A stretch of DNA of 63,924 bases, the filler included, from Guillardia theta CCMP2712 (lineage: Eukaryota; Protista; Cryptophyta): the NCBI RefSeq assembly GCF_000315625.1. It is 3 parts of 3 records of this genome, joined end to end, with 100 filler letters (N's around TTAATTAATTAA, not from the genome) between each part and the next. Parts side by side here need not be neighbours in the genome. Positions count along the whole stretch, not along the records: positions 43,616 to 63,924 come from NW_005434596.1; 2 more parts are not named here. One strand, given 5' to 3'. Both the position numbers and the translations under genes were made by a program. Positions 62,969 through 63,924 of this stretch are shown here, piece after piece (the stretch's first letter is position 1; every line of letters starts with the position of its first letter). The notes below the pieces were generated by a model. It made no database searches and was not told where the DNA came from. It saw only the letters and a program-made list of their open reading frames with translations.

Positions 62969-63924
62969 AAGAGAGGAGAGGAGAGGAGAGTAGAGTAGAG
63001 TAGAGTAGAGTAGAGTAGAGTAGAGTAGAGTAGAGTAGAGTAGAGTAGAGTAGAGTAGAGTAGAGCAGAGCAGAGCAGAGCAGAGCAGAGCAGAGCAGAG
63101 CAGAGCAGAGCAGAGCAGAGCAGAGCAGAGCAGAGCAGAGCAGAGCAGAGCAGAGCAGAGCAGAGCAGAGCAGAGCAGAGCAGAGCAGAGCAGAGCAGAG
63201 CAGAGCAGAGCAGAGCAGAGCAGAGCAGAGCAGAGCAGAGCAGAGCAGAGCAGAGCAGAGCAGAGCAGAGCAGAGCAGAGCAGAGCAGAGCAGAGCAGAG
63301 CAGAGCAGAGCAGAGCAGAGCAGAGCAGAGCAGAGCAGAGCAGAGCAGAGCAGAGCAGAGCAGAGCAGAGCAGAGCAGAGCAGAGCAGAGCAGATCAGAG
63401 CAGAGCAGAGCAGAGCAGAGCAGAGTAGAGCAGAGCAGAGCAGAGCAGAGCAGAGCAGAGCAGAGCAGAGCAGAGCAGAGCAGAGCAGAGCAGAGCAGAG
63501 CAGAGCAGAGCAGAGCAGAGCAGAGCAGAGCAGAGCAGAGCAGAGCAGAGCAGAGCAGAGCAGAGCAGAGCAGAGCAGAGCAGAGCAGAGCAGAGCAGAG
63601 CAGAGCAGAGCAGAGCAGAGCAGAGCAGAGCAGAGCAGAGCAGAGCAGAGCAGAGCAGAGCAGAGCAGAGCAGAGCAGAGCAGAGCAGAGCAGAGCAGAG
63701 CAGAGCAGAGCAGAGCAGAGCAGAGCAGAGCAGAGCAGAGCAGAGCAGAGCAGAGCAGAGCAGAGCAGAGCAGAGCAGAGCAGAGCAGAGCAGAGCAGAG
63801 CAGAGCAGAGCAGAGCAGAGCAGAGCAGAGCAGAGCAGAGCAGAGCAGAGCAGAGCAGAGCAGAGCAGAGCAGAGCAGAGCAGAGCAGAGCAGAGCAGAG
63901 CAGAGCAGAGCAGAGCAGAGCAGA
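62969..63924. repeat. Long pentamer satellite (AGAGG)>(AGAGT)n>(AGAGC)n running off the window
   Basis: Directly visible, ~950 bp. Confidence 0.97.

Overview
Eukaryotic, intron-rich nuclear DNA from a draft assembly, with N-gaps and 'ttaattaattaa' linkers. Three features suggest an alga with a complex red-derived plastid: a CYP97 with a signal peptide + SSA|F presequence, a signal peptide + LRGG leader, and microsatellite-filled introns. A cryptophyte such as Guillardia is the likely source, but this is inference. Housekeeping-type genes: WDR59-like WD40 protein, small Tim chaperone, NKAP, secreted ankyrin protein, CaMK-type kinase, large Cys-rich secreted EF-hand protein, Sfi1-like giant repeat protein, CYP97, TPR+CS co-chaperone and TPR/HIRAN gene(s). 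A coiled-coil protein resembles the euglenozoan paraflagellar-rod fold. The centre (~27-43.5 kb) is a rearranged accessory island where copies of one coiled-coil gene alternate with conflict-type cargo. The cargo is an ARM-repeat pseudogene, a truncated Crinkler-like NTPase, and an intronless 1680-aa NLR-like protein (CHAT caspase-like domain, second His-Gly/Cys protease-like domain, NACHT, pentapeptide, WD40). That NLR is the best candidate for an undescribed system. All family calls come from manual motif recognition, not database searches; exon boundaries are approximate.
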